A stretch of 64,000 nt of DNA, taken from sequence record OQ790161.1; one strand, written 5' to 3'. The notes under the pieces were generated by a model. That model searched no databases and had not been told where the DNA came from. It saw only the letters and a list, made by a program, of their open reading frames with translations. This document shows, one piece after another, positions 36,431 to 45,698 of the stretch (within the stretch, counting starts at the first letter, position 1; the number at the start of each line of letters is the position of its first letter). The position numbers were made by a program, and so were the translations under genes.

Positions 36431-37804
36431 ATGAATCCTCTGAACAACCCCAAACATCACTATCGCCCCACGGCTCATGAGATCGTGTTGGAGCAGCGTC
36501 TGCTGAATCTCAACAACTTCGTTCAACAACTGGCGCAAGGGTTGAGGACCGCTTTCCCCCACACTCCGCTTCCGGGTCCGGAGACGGTTTACGGCGGTCA
36601 GGGTCCGGTACTGACGTTCTACGATCAGATAGCCGACACGGCGTTGCTGGCTGGTCACGGTCCTCGCTTTGTGGCGAAGTATCACTTGGCCGAGAATGAC
36701 CTACAGCGCAAGTTGCTGCTCGACACCCTGACTCCGGCCACCGATGGGTTCAACCAGTCCCGTACCTACGACAGCGACATCGCCGATCTCACTGCGGCGT
36801 ATTACTTCCGCAAGATGGACGATAACTCCCCAACCGAGGAAGCGCCGGAGTTTCTGGCGTGGCTGACCGCTACACGGGAGGCTGGGGGCTTCGAACTCAT
36901 CGAGGGTCATGATCTACGACTGGTTGCGCAGAAGTGCAGCGACTGGGTTCAGTATTCCGGACCTGACAACACGTGGCGACTGGAGCTGGAGAAGGACATC
37001 CGTACCTTCAGTTACGTGCCGGCCCCGCAGTCGCAACGTGACACGTATGGGCGGGGGTTGCCTGACAAAACCTTCGAAGCCCAAGAGTTCGTCTCGATCC
37101 CGCTGCCCAAGTACAAGGGGTTTGTGCTGATCGAACTGACCGAAGTGAACTACAACCGCGGTAAGCGTTGGACCCCGCGCTATTTCCGTTGGCTGGTGTG
37201 GTCGGAGATCGAGCGCACTTGGTGCATGACCTCTGGTCCGCATTTCCCGGTGGATGAGCTGGACGATGTTGCTCGTCGGTTCCTCGACTTCGTCGGTATG
37301 CCGAAGTTGGATGTGCCTTCCACCAGTGAAGTACTTGAAAGCTGCGCTGGTCTGTGTGCGATCATCAAGGCCAAGCTGGAGGAATGGAAAGCTGACTTGG
37401 CAGTGTATGGCGCAATGACCGAATACAAGATCATCCTGCCGGGTGTGATGGCCTTGACCTTTGAAGGTCGTCGTTCGTGGCATTCGTCCTATGACGCTGA
37501 TCGAGTCGAGTTCCAGTTGCTTGATGGGCAGCTGAAACGCCACGACTATATCCCGCCCATGCGGGCGGTCTGGACGGCATCCGGTGAAATCGTACCTTTG
37601 GTCTATATGGGCACGGAGTACAACGACCGGCCGGTCCTCAAGGGAAACCTGAACGTTCCCACGCGCCATCGTCGCACGGTGGTGAATGCCTTCAATGCGT
37701 TCATCCAAGCCGATCCTTCCGAGTTCGAAATCCAGAGCACCCCCAACCCGGACTATCGTCCGCCCAAGCCGCCGGAAGAGCCTGCCACTGAGGCGAGCGC
37801 TTAA
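36431..37804 (+). CDS. Hypothetical protein, paralog of 37869-38906
   Basis: 457 aa; shares IVLxQRL...F...L...TxFP and WSEIERxW with the next gene. Confidence 0.8.
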   Translation: MNPLNNPKHHYRPTAHEIVLEQRLLNLNNFVQQLAQGLRTAFPHTPLPGPETVYGGQGPVLTFYDQIADTALLAGHGPRFVAKYHLAENDLQRKLLLDTLTPATDGFNQSRTYDSDIADLTAAYYFRKMDDNSPTEEAPEFLAWLTATREAGGFELIEGHDLRLVAQKCSDWVQYSGPDNTWRLELEKDIRTFSYVPAPQSQRDTYGRGLPDKTFEAQEFVSIPLPKYKGFVLIELTEVNYNRGKRWTPRYFRWLVWSEIERTWCMTSGPHFPVDELDDVARRFLDFVGMPKLDVPSTSEVLESCAGLCAIIKAKLEEWKADLAVYGAMTEYKIILPGVMALTFEGRRSWHSSYDADRVEFQLLDGQLKRHDYIPPMRAVWTASGEIVPLVYMGTEYNDRPVLKGNLNVPTRHRRTVVNAFNAFIQADPSEFEIQSTPNPDYRPPKPPEEPATEASA

Positions 37805-37868
37805 CTTTTACACCGCACCGGATCCTTATGGGTCCGCCCACGCAATCATTCCACTACAAGTGACCAAG

Positions 37869-38906
37869 ATGTCCAACAACAAACCCGTTCCGCATTTCAT
37901 CCGCCAGCCGGCGTCGCTGATCGTGCTCCAGCAGCGTCTGGATGTCCAGACCCAGTTCAGCAATGCCCTGCTGGAACTGATCGCCACCGAGTTCCCGGCC
38001 ATCAAGGACAAGGCAGGCAAGCTGTTCGAAGGTCTCAACCAAGCCCAGCAGGGCCTGGGCTCCCTGAACGGCGAACTGATCCTCAAGGGTCATGGTCCGC
38101 GCGGTGCGCTGGTCTCGCAGACCCTCACCACCAAGAAGGAAAACGAAGCCTTCCTGGCCAAGACCGTACAGCCGGCCGAAAACCCGATCGACCCGCAGGT
38201 GCTGATCAGCACGCTGGAATCTTACCTGGCCGTGGACGGCGGGGAGAAGGGTCGCCAGTTCGCCATGCCCGATGAAGTCATGTACGGCCAGCAGCTGCGC
38301 GACGGTGCCAAGATCGCTGATGCTGATCTGATGGAGCAGCCCGACGGCATCTACCTGGTCGCCAACGACAAGGGCAGCAGCTACACTCTGAAGGTCACCG
38401 TCGATGGCGGTGCGCTGGTGTTCTCCCCGCTGACCGGCCCCACGCTGGTGACCTGGAGCGAGATCGAGCGCGGTTGGGTGCAGCACACTGCCTGGGCCTA
38501 CGGCGATGGCGAGAAGACCCTCCAGGCGCTGGCTGCGTTCTTCGAGAAGACCAACGTGCGCGATGCCACGGTCGGCGAACTCAAGACCCTGGAAAGCACC
38601 CTGCGCAAGATGCCCAAGGCGAAGCTGGACGCACTGGCACAGACCACCGGCGAGCAGCAGATCGACATCAACCTGCCGATCAACGAGCTGTTCAAGATCC
38701 GCTTCACCGTCGAGAACGACCCGGTGATCATCTCCGCTCGCGATGACGTCCAGTGGGAAAACCTGACCATCTACACCCGTCGCCGCCTGTTCCGTGACAC
38801 CGTGGCCCGTGTCAAGGAAGCCAACGCCGCCTCGGCACCCAAGGCCGAAGCCAAGACCGAAACCAAGCCGGTCAAGAAGGCCGCCGCCAAGAAGGCTGCG
38901 CGCTAA
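37869..38906 (+). CDS. Hypothetical protein with Lys/Ala-rich C-terminal tail
   Basis: Start ATG 37869, 345 aa, strongly C-ending codons; ends KPVKKAAAKKAAR. Confidence 0.8.
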   Translation: MSNNKPVPHFIRQPASLIVLQQRLDVQTQFSNALLELIATEFPAIKDKAGKLFEGLNQAQQGLGSLNGELILKGHGPRGALVSQTLTTKKENEAFLAKTVQPAENPIDPQVLISTLESYLAVDGGEKGRQFAMPDEVMYGQQLRDGAKIADADLMEQPDGIYLVANDKGSSYTLKVTVDGGALVFSPLTGPTLVTWSEIERGWVQHTAWAYGDGEKTLQALAAFFEKTNVRDATVGELKTLESTLRKMPKAKLDALAQTTGEQQIDINLPINELFKIRFTVENDPVIISARDDVQWENLTIYTRRRLFRDTVARVKEANAASAPKAEAKTETKPVKKAAAKKAAR

Positions 38907-39391
38907 TGAGCTTCCTCCGGGTAGCTCTCACCCCTGCGGAGTTGCGGGCTTACAAGCCCGCGCTCCCGCAAGCTCTGTCCAGCAGCATTCCGAAGCCGCT
39001 GATCGAAAAGATCAAAGGTACCGGACACGTCACGCCTGATTTTGCGTTTGCAGTGGCGGTGGATCTGCTCGGCCTGGAGTACGTCACCAAGTCGGTGACG
39101 GCAACGCCCACGTTGCTGGCCACGTGGGTGGGGTTGATCGAAAGCCAAGGCTGGGGTGACAACCTGCGTCCGATGGACTTGCAGATCTCCCTGCTGGCCA
39201 ATGCGATCAAGGCCAACGCCAAGCTGTCCAATCCACCGGATGACCTGCGTTTGGAAGGGATCATCTACAACCTGATCGTGGAAGCCGCCAAGGGCGACCA
39301 GAGCGTCAATGATCAGTTGGTGGAAAACCTGATCTCGGGCAAAGGCATGACCATGCCGTGGGCACTGGTCATCCGAGCTGTGAAAGCATAA
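38906..39391 (+). CDS. Hypothetical protein
   Basis: 161 aa, coupled to the previous gene by TAATG. Confidence 0.75.
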   Translation: MSFLRVALTPAELRAYKPALPQALSSSIPKPLIEKIKGTGHVTPDFAFAVAVDLLGLEYVTKSVTATPTLLATWVGLIESQGWGDNLRPMDLQISLLANAIKANAKLSNPPDDLRLEGIIYNLIVEAAKGDQSVNDQLVENLISGKGMTMPWALVIRAVKA

Positions 39392-39393
39392 GG

Positions 39394-39434
39394 CAGCATA
39401 TCACCCCCTCCCGAAAGGGAGGGGGCTTATGCCG
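39394..39434. terminator. Bidirectional hairpin with CAGCATA / CTTATGCCG flanks
   Basis: CCCCCTCCC-GAAA-GGGAGGGGG. Confidence 0.85.
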
Positions 39435-39438
39435 TTGA

Positions 39439-40047
39439 TTAGCTTTGCAGCTGTTGGATCAACTGTTGCAGTTGGCGAATCTTCTCCGCTTGGGCGTCGA
39501 TCGTTTCCTGCTGGGACAATACCGTTGCCCGATCGGTGGTGCGGTTGGTGATAGCCGCTTGACGTGCTGCTTCCTGCGTCGCGTGCTGGTCAGCACTCAC
39601 CACCCCAGCACTCGGAGCAATGAATTCAGCCACCACCGCTTCCACACCAGTGATGTCTGACGACACCGAAGCCAGAGAAGCCTTCAGATGAGTCAGATCC
39701 ACGCCATCGGGCAACGCACCCAACTCAACAGTGCATACGACGCGCTTATATGCAACATTGGTCAGGTCAGGGAACTTCTCGATGTACGTGTCGGGAACAT
39801 GGATCACAGCCGAGACCGGAGACTGCAAGGTCACGATATGTGCCCCTGCCGCCTTGTCTGCTTCGTACATTTCCCGCGTCAAGCCTTTGCTGGCGTAGAA
39901 GCGGGTAAAGGCATCTTCACCACGTTCGATGAAGTCCTCAAAGCTACGAACGGCGATGGCTTCGTAAAGCGCATCGCTCACAGTGGTCCAGGGAGTCTTG
40001 AGCGTGTAAACACCCTTGGCGTGCAAGGGAGGCGTGTTACGTGCCAT
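39439..40047 (-). CDS. Conserved phiKZ-like protein, probably virion-associated
   Basis: 202 aa; PP....GVY.LK.PW...VPDTYI..FPD...ELGALP motif string. Confidence 0.65.
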   Translation of the reverse strand: MARNTPPLHAKGVYTLKTPWTTVSDALYEAIAVRSFEDFIERGEDAFTRFYASKGLTREMYEADKAAGAHIVTLQSPVSAVIHVPDTYIEKFPDLTNVAYKRVVCTVELGALPDGVDLTHLKASLASVSSDITGVEAVVAEFIAPSAGVVSADQHATQEAARQAAITNRTTDRATVLSQQETIDAQAEKIRQLQQLIQQLQS

Positions 40048-40058
40048 AGCTCAGCTCC

Positions 40059-41807
40059 TTAGGTTTGCGGAGCGGTGTAGATGTGCAGCGTGAATTCCTT
40101 GCTGGACACCGTGCCGCTATCGTCGGTGATCTTGACGGTCACCTTGATGTCACCTGCCGCCGTCGGATTGGCGGTGAAGTCACCGGTATCCGGATCGAGC
40201 AGTGCGTTCTGCAACTTGTTGGTATCGGACACGCTCACCAGCTCATAGCGGTACGGCTGGACGCCGCCGATGCCCACGAACTTGGTTGCGTATGCGCCAG
40301 CTGCGATGTTCGCATTGGGCATGGCCGTGACACCTTCAGCGCCGTTGGAGGTCACACGCAGTGCATCCACGCCACGGGGCGGGAAGTACGTCTGCACCGA
40401 CTGACGGGACACCACCAGGTACTGGATGTTGTTGAAGTTGGCCACCACGTACATGTAGGTCTCGCCGGCAGCGTTGGTACGACGCAGGCGGGTCATCGGG
40501 TACGGGGCTTGCGGCAGGTCGGAGAAATCGGTCATGGTCTCGGCGACCTTGAGCATCGCGTGCAGCATCAGTACCCAGTTCTGGGTCATCGGTTGCATAC
40601 GGTTGAAATCGGCCGAACTGGTGGCTGCGGAGATATAGTCCGGCCAGACCTCTTCGAAACGATCCTTGCCATTGCGGTTTTCCGGACCACCCACGGCCAA
40701 CAGGCCGATGGACTTGTACAGACAGCCGACCGTGGTCAGTACGCTGTCGATGTGCGCGTCGGTATAGGCCGTACCGGTGCAGGTGCGACGGGCCATGCTC
40801 TGTGCACCGAACATGTTGATCACCGGCGAATACACTGCATCACCGAGGGTCATGTTGGGGATGGCCACCAGGTTCCACGTCGGGGTCAGGATCATCTCGG
40901 TGCTGGTGAAGATGTCCGGGAAAATGACCGCCCACTCTTCGCGAGTGTGGGTGGAGTTTTCCAGAATCCACTTGGCCAGGCCGTCCTTGATCGAGTCGAT
41001 GTTGTCACCGGCAATGCCGTAGATGACAAACGACCAGTTGGTCGGCAGGGTCCAGTCCTTGTCGTTCGGATCGTGGTACTCGAAGATGATGGTGCGGATC
41101 TTGGTTTCCGGCTTACCATCTTTGAGCTGATGGATCAGGATGTGGGTCTCCTCCATCGTACGGGCTTTGACCTTCAGTTCCACTTGGTCAGCCAGCAGGA
41201 AGAAATCATCCAGTCGATCATTGGCGATCGGGGCGAGGAATTCGATCTCGAACTCATCGTACTCGGTGGAGAAGGCCGAGTCGGCAAACCACAGCTTGAC
41301 GCGCGAACGGTCCAGCTCGGCGCGGATGGCCGGATCCCACGTGGTGCTGACCGCATCGGGGTTGATGTAGAAGGTCAGGCTGGCCGGCAGCCACACACCG
41401 TCCTGCTCGATCATCGGACCCACGATCGCATCGCGGATCTGGGTGTCGAATTCGGCCATGATGGCCTGGCGGCAGTTTTCCGGGTTGTTGCCGAACACAC
41501 CACCGATGGCCTGCGCGTGGCACCAGCGCATCATTGCCGTCAGCAGGGTGGCGTACGGGGCCGGAACCGCGTAGTGGTCGTCATCCGGGGTACGACTGGA
41601 GAAGACGGACAGCTCCAACGTGGTGGGGCTGGCACCAGAGGACGCAGCGGCGAAGATCGCCCGGTCCTTGGCATAGGTGGCACTTTGCAGAGACAGCTCG
41701 CCCAAGGGAGCTACCTCATAGCGGACGTTGTCCACAAAAGCACCGACGGACACAAAGCCCTTCAGGCTATAGGTGTCCGCCAGATTGGGGTTGTTGGTAT
41801 CACTCAC
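40059..41807 (-). CDS. phiKZ-like virion structural protein with an appended C-terminal Ig-like domain
   Basis: 582 aa; YSLKGF...DN...GELS N-terminus; C-terminal GGVQPYRY...VTVKITDDSG...KEFTLHI. Confidence 0.7.
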   Translation of the reverse strand: MSDTNNPNLADTYSLKGFVSVGAFVDNVRYEVAPLGELSLQSATYAKDRAIFAAASSGASPTTLELSVFSSRTPDDDHYAVPAPYATLLTAMMRWCHAQAIGGVFGNNPENCRQAIMAEFDTQIRDAIVGPMIEQDGVWLPASLTFYINPDAVSTTWDPAIRAELDRSRVKLWFADSAFSTEYDEFEIEFLAPIANDRLDDFFLLADQVELKVKARTMEETHILIHQLKDGKPETKIRTIIFEYHDPNDKDWTLPTNWSFVIYGIAGDNIDSIKDGLAKWILENSTHTREEWAVIFPDIFTSTEMILTPTWNLVAIPNMTLGDAVYSPVINMFGAQSMARRTCTGTAYTDAHIDSVLTTVGCLYKSIGLLAVGGPENRNGKDRFEEVWPDYISAATSSADFNRMQPMTQNWVLMLHAMLKVAETMTDFSDLPQAPYPMTRLRRTNAAGETYMYVVANFNNIQYLVVSRQSVQTYFPPRGVDALRVTSNGAEGVTAMPNANIAAGAYATKFVGIGGVQPYRYELVSVSDTNKLQNALLDPDTGDFTANPTAAGDIKVTVKITDDSGTVSSKEFTLHIYTAPQT

Positions 41808-41834
41808 TGGTTTGCTCCATTGACTGGGATCGAG

Positions 41835-41846
41835 TAACTCTATGAC
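41835..41846 (+). promoter_or_regulatory. Candidate late promoter TAACTCTATGAC
   Basis: Contains the TATG core reported for phiKZ late promoters; an identical 12-mer lies on the minus strand at 45687-45698. Confidence 0.5.
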
Positions 41847-41879
41847 GGAACTCTATACCATAAACCCTTGAAGGTCTCT

Positions 41880-42452
41880 ATGTCCATTCTCTCGCTCCTA
41901 GTGATGCTCGGCCGAGAAGTCTTCCCGTTTTTGAAGGAAGCCTTGTTGGAAGGGCAGACGTTTCGAGCGTGGTTTAAAACGAATTGGCCCACCTTCACTT
42001 GGCTTGTCAGCGCATTGCTGATGACCTTGATGTTGGCGTACCTTTCTGACCTGTTGGTTGTCACTCAGCGCAACGAGCATACCTTTGCTCAACAGCTGCA
42101 GCCCGTACATCAGTCCATGGAACGGTTGGTAAAGGAATACAAAGAACTGAAGGTGGAAAACAGTCGCCTTCTGATCGAGAACGAACAACTGAGTACGCTG
42201 AAGACCGCACATGAAGCCAAGCTTGATCAATACGAACAGTGGATGGGAACCTGTGGCGTAAACATCGAGAGCGGTCAATGCCGCGTCGTCCGTCAACCAG
42301 CAAGGCCTGCCGCACGGGCCAAGCCACGCACGCAACTCCCGCAACCGCAACCTAACATCGACCTGCCGCAACCTGAACCGGAGAAGCCTGGCTTCCTCCA
42401 GCGCATCAAGCGCATGCTCAGTCGCGACAAGAAGAACGAGGACGAACCATGA
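41880..42452 (+). CDS. Putative inner-membrane spanin (i-spanin)
   Basis: TM segment FTWLVSALLMTLMLAYL, then a coiled coil, two Cys and a Pro-rich tail; overlaps a lipoprotein gene by ATGA. Confidence 0.55.
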   Translation: MSILSLLVMLGREVFPFLKEALLEGQTFRAWFKTNWPTFTWLVSALLMTLMLAYLSDLLVVTQRNEHTFAQQLQPVHQSMERLVKEYKELKVENSRLLIENEQLSTLKTAHEAKLDQYEQWMGTCGVNIESGQCRVVRQPARPAARAKPRTQLPQPQPNIDLPQPEPEKPGFLQRIKRMLSRDKKNEDEP

Positions 42453-42766
42453 AGCACCTCTTTTCATTGGTGTTGATCCTCACGCTCGCAGGCTGTGTCA
42501 CCATCAGCATGCCGCCTGCACAACAGCCTCCGTCGTCCCAGCCAACTGCTCGGGCGACGGGGGATTGTCGTCCCTACCTTCCGCCGCAACGGCGGATTGT
42601 TCCCAACCAGCCTCATATCCCCGAACAGGATGGAGACTACGTGGCCTTCCTTGAGAAGCTCACCGAACGCATGGTTGGATATATCGGGGAGCTGCGCGAC
42701 TACATCGACACCGAACACGACGCCGAAGATCAAGCGCTGCGCAAACACCAGCTGGACTGCCAGTAA
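42449..42766 (+). CDS. Lipoprotein, putative outer-membrane spanin (o-spanin)
   Basis: Signal MKHLFSLVLILTLAG-C (lipobox LAGC), Pro-rich body and two additional Cys. Confidence 0.65.
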   Translation: MKHLFSLVLILTLAGCVTISMPPAQQPPSSQPTARATGDCRPYLPPQRRIVPNQPHIPEQDGDYVAFLEKLTERMVGYIGELRDYIDTEHDAEDQALRKHQLDCQ

Positions 42767-42820
42767 CGGTATTTCGTTACGGGTCCTATCAATACTACGA
42801 TAGGTGGAACCCACGGATTA

Positions 42821-44287
42821 ATGATGAGCAACGAAACCAACAAGCCCACCCACGCCGTCCTGTATACGGACGGTGGATGTGACAATGCCCAAGTTGCTGG
42901 CTGGGGTATTCACGGCTACTTCTTCTACCCTGAAGCTGCCAAGCAGGGTACCGGCAATCCCAAGGCGCTGCCCACGTCGCTGGGATACAAGATGGGTGCC
43001 TCCGGTAAGCCGGACATCACCTTGACCCATTACATCGACGCCTTCGGTTCGATCACCCAAGGTGCAACCAACAACGTCGCTGAAGTGATGGCTACCCTCA
43101 ATGCCCTGAAGGTGGTCAAGGACGCAGGTATCACCAATGTCCACTTCATGAAGGACAGTCAGTACGCCCTCCAAGGTTTCGACAAGTGGATGGTGGACTG
43201 GCGCAAGAACAACTGGATCAAGAAAGACGGCTCGGCCGTCAGCAATGCTCCGCTGTGGGAATCGATCTACAATCTCAAGACCGAACTGGTCGAGACTGGC
43301 GTGAAGTTCACCACCGGCTGGGTCAAGGGTCACTCCGGCGATCTCGGCAACGAGCGCGCTGACGATCTGGCCACTGCTGGCAAGATGGCCGCACGCAACG
43401 GCAATCCTCGTGAGTCCTTCCGGACCGTGGATGCCAAGGGCTACTGGAACAGCAAGAACGAACGCAACCGCATGTTCTCGCTACCCAACTGGTACTTTGC
43501 CGCCTATGACGGTGGTGAGGCCACCGCACCGGGTGAGCGTCACGCTTACTACATCGGTACCATTCGCGATGACATCGAACTGATCGGCAAGCAGATTGCC
43601 GATGCCAGCTTTGCCGTGCTCTTCTTGAAGGAGCGCGATCCAGTGCTGGATGTGGTTGCCCAAGGCACGCAGGACATGCGTGTGGGTCGACCGCAGGGTG
43701 TGATGGTCGGTTATCTCGATCAGATCTTCAAACCGGCCGTGTATGAAGAGTTCGGCCAGTTCGGCCGTGACCTGCTGATCAAGGACCGTCGTCAGCGTCG
43801 CCTGATGACCAAGGACAAGAAGCTGGTGTTGCATGAGGCCGATCCGCCGGGGCTTTCGTTCCGTCTGATGGACCACTTGGGCCTGCTCGAGGACCGGTTG
43901 AACAACTACCTCAACCCGCCCAAGGGTAGCCAGCTGAGAACTACTGATCTGACTGACCTAATCTATGAGAAAACGGAAGCCAAAGGCAAGGTATCCGTCA
44001 AACTCAAGAATACGATCACCAGCGGTACGCGCTCGATGAAAGTCCTCGGCAATTACTACAGCGAGAAAGGCATTGACAAGCAATTGTCTTTTGTCTTGAC
44101 GTTGGCCCAAGACCTTCCCGATCGCAACACCCTCGCAGCTTTGTCCGCAGAGGATGTGAAGGTCACGTTAGTATCGTGGCCGGAATCCCTGCGAGCGGTG
44201 CGATTTGCTATCGTGATCGAATCCAACGGCGACGTCGGTATCTGGTCAGGTCCGTACTCCAACCTGCAGATGCTTCCTCTCAAGTAG
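42821..44287 (+). CDS. rnhA: Ribonuclease HI with C-terminal extension
   Basis: LYTDGG, TNNVAE, KDSQY, NAPLW and WVKGHSG..GNERADDLA motifs. Confidence 0.95.
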   Translation: MMSNETNKPTHAVLYTDGGCDNAQVAGWGIHGYFFYPEAAKQGTGNPKALPTSLGYKMGASGKPDITLTHYIDAFGSITQGATNNVAEVMATLNALKVVKDAGITNVHFMKDSQYALQGFDKWMVDWRKNNWIKKDGSAVSNAPLWESIYNLKTELVETGVKFTTGWVKGHSGDLGNERADDLATAGKMAARNGNPRESFRTVDAKGYWNSKNERNRMFSLPNWYFAAYDGGEATAPGERHAYYIGTIRDDIELIGKQIADASFAVLFLKERDPVLDVVAQGTQDMRVGRPQGVMVGYLDQIFKPAVYEEFGQFGRDLLIKDRRQRRLMTKDKKLVLHEADPPGLSFRLMDHLGLLEDRLNNYLNPPKGSQLRTTDLTDLIYEKTEAKGKVSVKLKNTITSGTRSMKVLGNYYSEKGIDKQLSFVLTLAQDLPDRNTLAALSAEDVKVTLVSWPESLRAVRFAIVIESNGDVGIWSGPYSNLQMLPLK

Positions 44288-44307
44288 TACTACCCTGAGG
44301 TCTTTCC

Positions 44308-44757
44308 ATGTACAGCACGACGAGTCAAGACCAGCGTGCAACAAGTCTGGTAAGGACGGTAATGGAGTTCATTCTGTCCAAGTTCGTCAATCAGCACACC
44401 CGGCGCATCATCTTCGTGACCAGTCTGTTCACCCGGACTTCTCGCTTGGATCGACTCCAGCAGTCTGCCGTGGCAAAGCTGAATCAAGTGATGGTACTGG
44501 CTTCGAATGACAGTTCGTTGCCACTGGCCTCGCGGCTCCACAACCTCGTTTGGCGAGGTACTGACCTGAACAGCGTGTTGTCGGCCGAAGTCATGCATGG
44601 CGTACCCGTCATGACTGAAGCGCAGTTGCGCGATCTCTCGACGCGAGTCGTTGATACGGCTCCGAAGTACCTCCGCTACGGCGCAAAGCCTGACATGATT
44701 CGAGACGTCTTTCGTCTTCTGACTCAGTCCGGCAAAATGGTGCCCGCGACCGCCTGA
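44308..44757 (+). CDS. Hypothetical protein
   Basis: 149 aa, GAGGT RBS, followed by a terminator. Confidence 0.7.
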   Translation: MYSTTSQDQRATSLVRTVMEFILSKFVNQHTRRIIFVTSLFTRTSRLDRLQQSAVAKLNQVMVLASNDSSLPLASRLHNLVWRGTDLNSVLSAEVMHGVPVMTEAQLRDLSTRVVDTAPKYLRYGAKPDMIRDVFRLLTQSGKMVPATA

Positions 44758-44773
44758 TCGCAGAACAATGCGA

Positions 44774-44816
44774 GCATAGAGCCCCCGCCCAAAAGGCGGG
44801 GGCTCGCTTTATGCCG
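44774..44816. terminator. Bidirectional hairpin with GCATA / TTTATGCCG flanks
   Basis: GAGCCCCCGCC-CAAAA-GGCGGGGGCTC. Confidence 0.85.
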
Positions 44817-44823
44817 GCAAGGC

Positions 44824-45648
44824 TCAGATGTGCGGCTTGACCAGTTCCACGTTCTGGTCCACGGTGCGGATGAACTCATCCACGCGGTGACGCAGCACGC
44901 CGTAGAACTCGACGTGTTCGGCCACGTCGTAGATCACCTTGGAGAGCTTGTCGATGGTCACCGAGGAGAACTGGTAGACTTCGGCGGACTTGTCTTCGGC
45001 CATGCGGGCCGAGAGCAGACGCAGCAGTTCGCTCAGTTCGGGGACCTTCTTCTGGACGCGTTCGAAGTTGCCGTTGGCGTACAGGGTGTTGAGCTTCTTG
45101 ACCTGGTTGTTCAATTCCACCCAGTCGCCCTGACGCTTGAACAGCTCACCGTAGACGGCCGGCTTGTCTTCTGCCTTGTCGGGGAAATAGCGGTCCAGTT
45201 GTTTCTGGATGCCTTCGATCTTGGGTTCACTCAGGCCGGGGATGCGCAGGGTGTTGGTCAGGCTCTTGAGCGACTCGGGATCGGCCACGCGCTGACCCAG
45301 CCAAGCGTTGAACGGTTCCAGCACGTCCTTGTAGAGGTTGTCCATTTCCTCGGCACCCTTGATCAGGGTGTTGCCGTACTCGGCCAGGGTACCCTTGAAG
45401 CCGGGCGGGGCCACCGCTTGCAGACCACGCAGTTCGCTGTAGTTGGCACGGGAGGCATTCAGAGCCAGCCAGCCCAGGTTCTTGACCGAGAAGAAATCGC
45501 CCAGCGATTGCAGCACGGTCTTGGTCAGGAATTCGCTGGCTTTGTCGAAGAAGGAAGGCAGACGCGAAACCGCGGCGGCAGCTGCGTTACCACCTGCGAC
45601 CGCCTCCATGGAGATGATGTCGCGAGCGTGGCGAAGTTGGTTCAACAT
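44824..45648 (-). CDS. Probable head/virion protein with SME processing motif
   Basis: Start ATG 45648 after GGAG, 274 aa; ISME-A near the N-terminus fits the S/A/G-x-E cleavage motif of phiKZ-type prohead proteases. Confidence 0.6.
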   Translation of the reverse strand: MLNQLRHARDIISMEAVAGGNAAAAAVSRLPSFFDKASEFLTKTVLQSLGDFFSVKNLGWLALNASRANYSELRGLQAVAPPGFKGTLAEYGNTLIKGAEEMDNLYKDVLEPFNAWLGQRVADPESLKSLTNTLRIPGLSEPKIEGIQKQLDRYFPDKAEDKPAVYGELFKRQGDWVELNNQVKKLNTLYANGNFERVQKKVPELSELLRLLSARMAEDKSAEVYQFSSVTIDKLSKVIYDVAEHVEFYGVLRHRVDEFIRTVDQNVELVKPHI

Positions 45649-45686
45649 AGATGACTCCACGGAGTTGAAGGGGTAAATGACACGGT

Positions 45687-45698
45687 GTCATAGAGTTA
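45687..45698 (-). promoter_or_regulatory. Candidate late promoter TAACTCTATGAC
   Basis: Reverse complement of GTCATAGAGTTA, about 40 nt upstream of the start at 45648. Confidence 0.5.
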
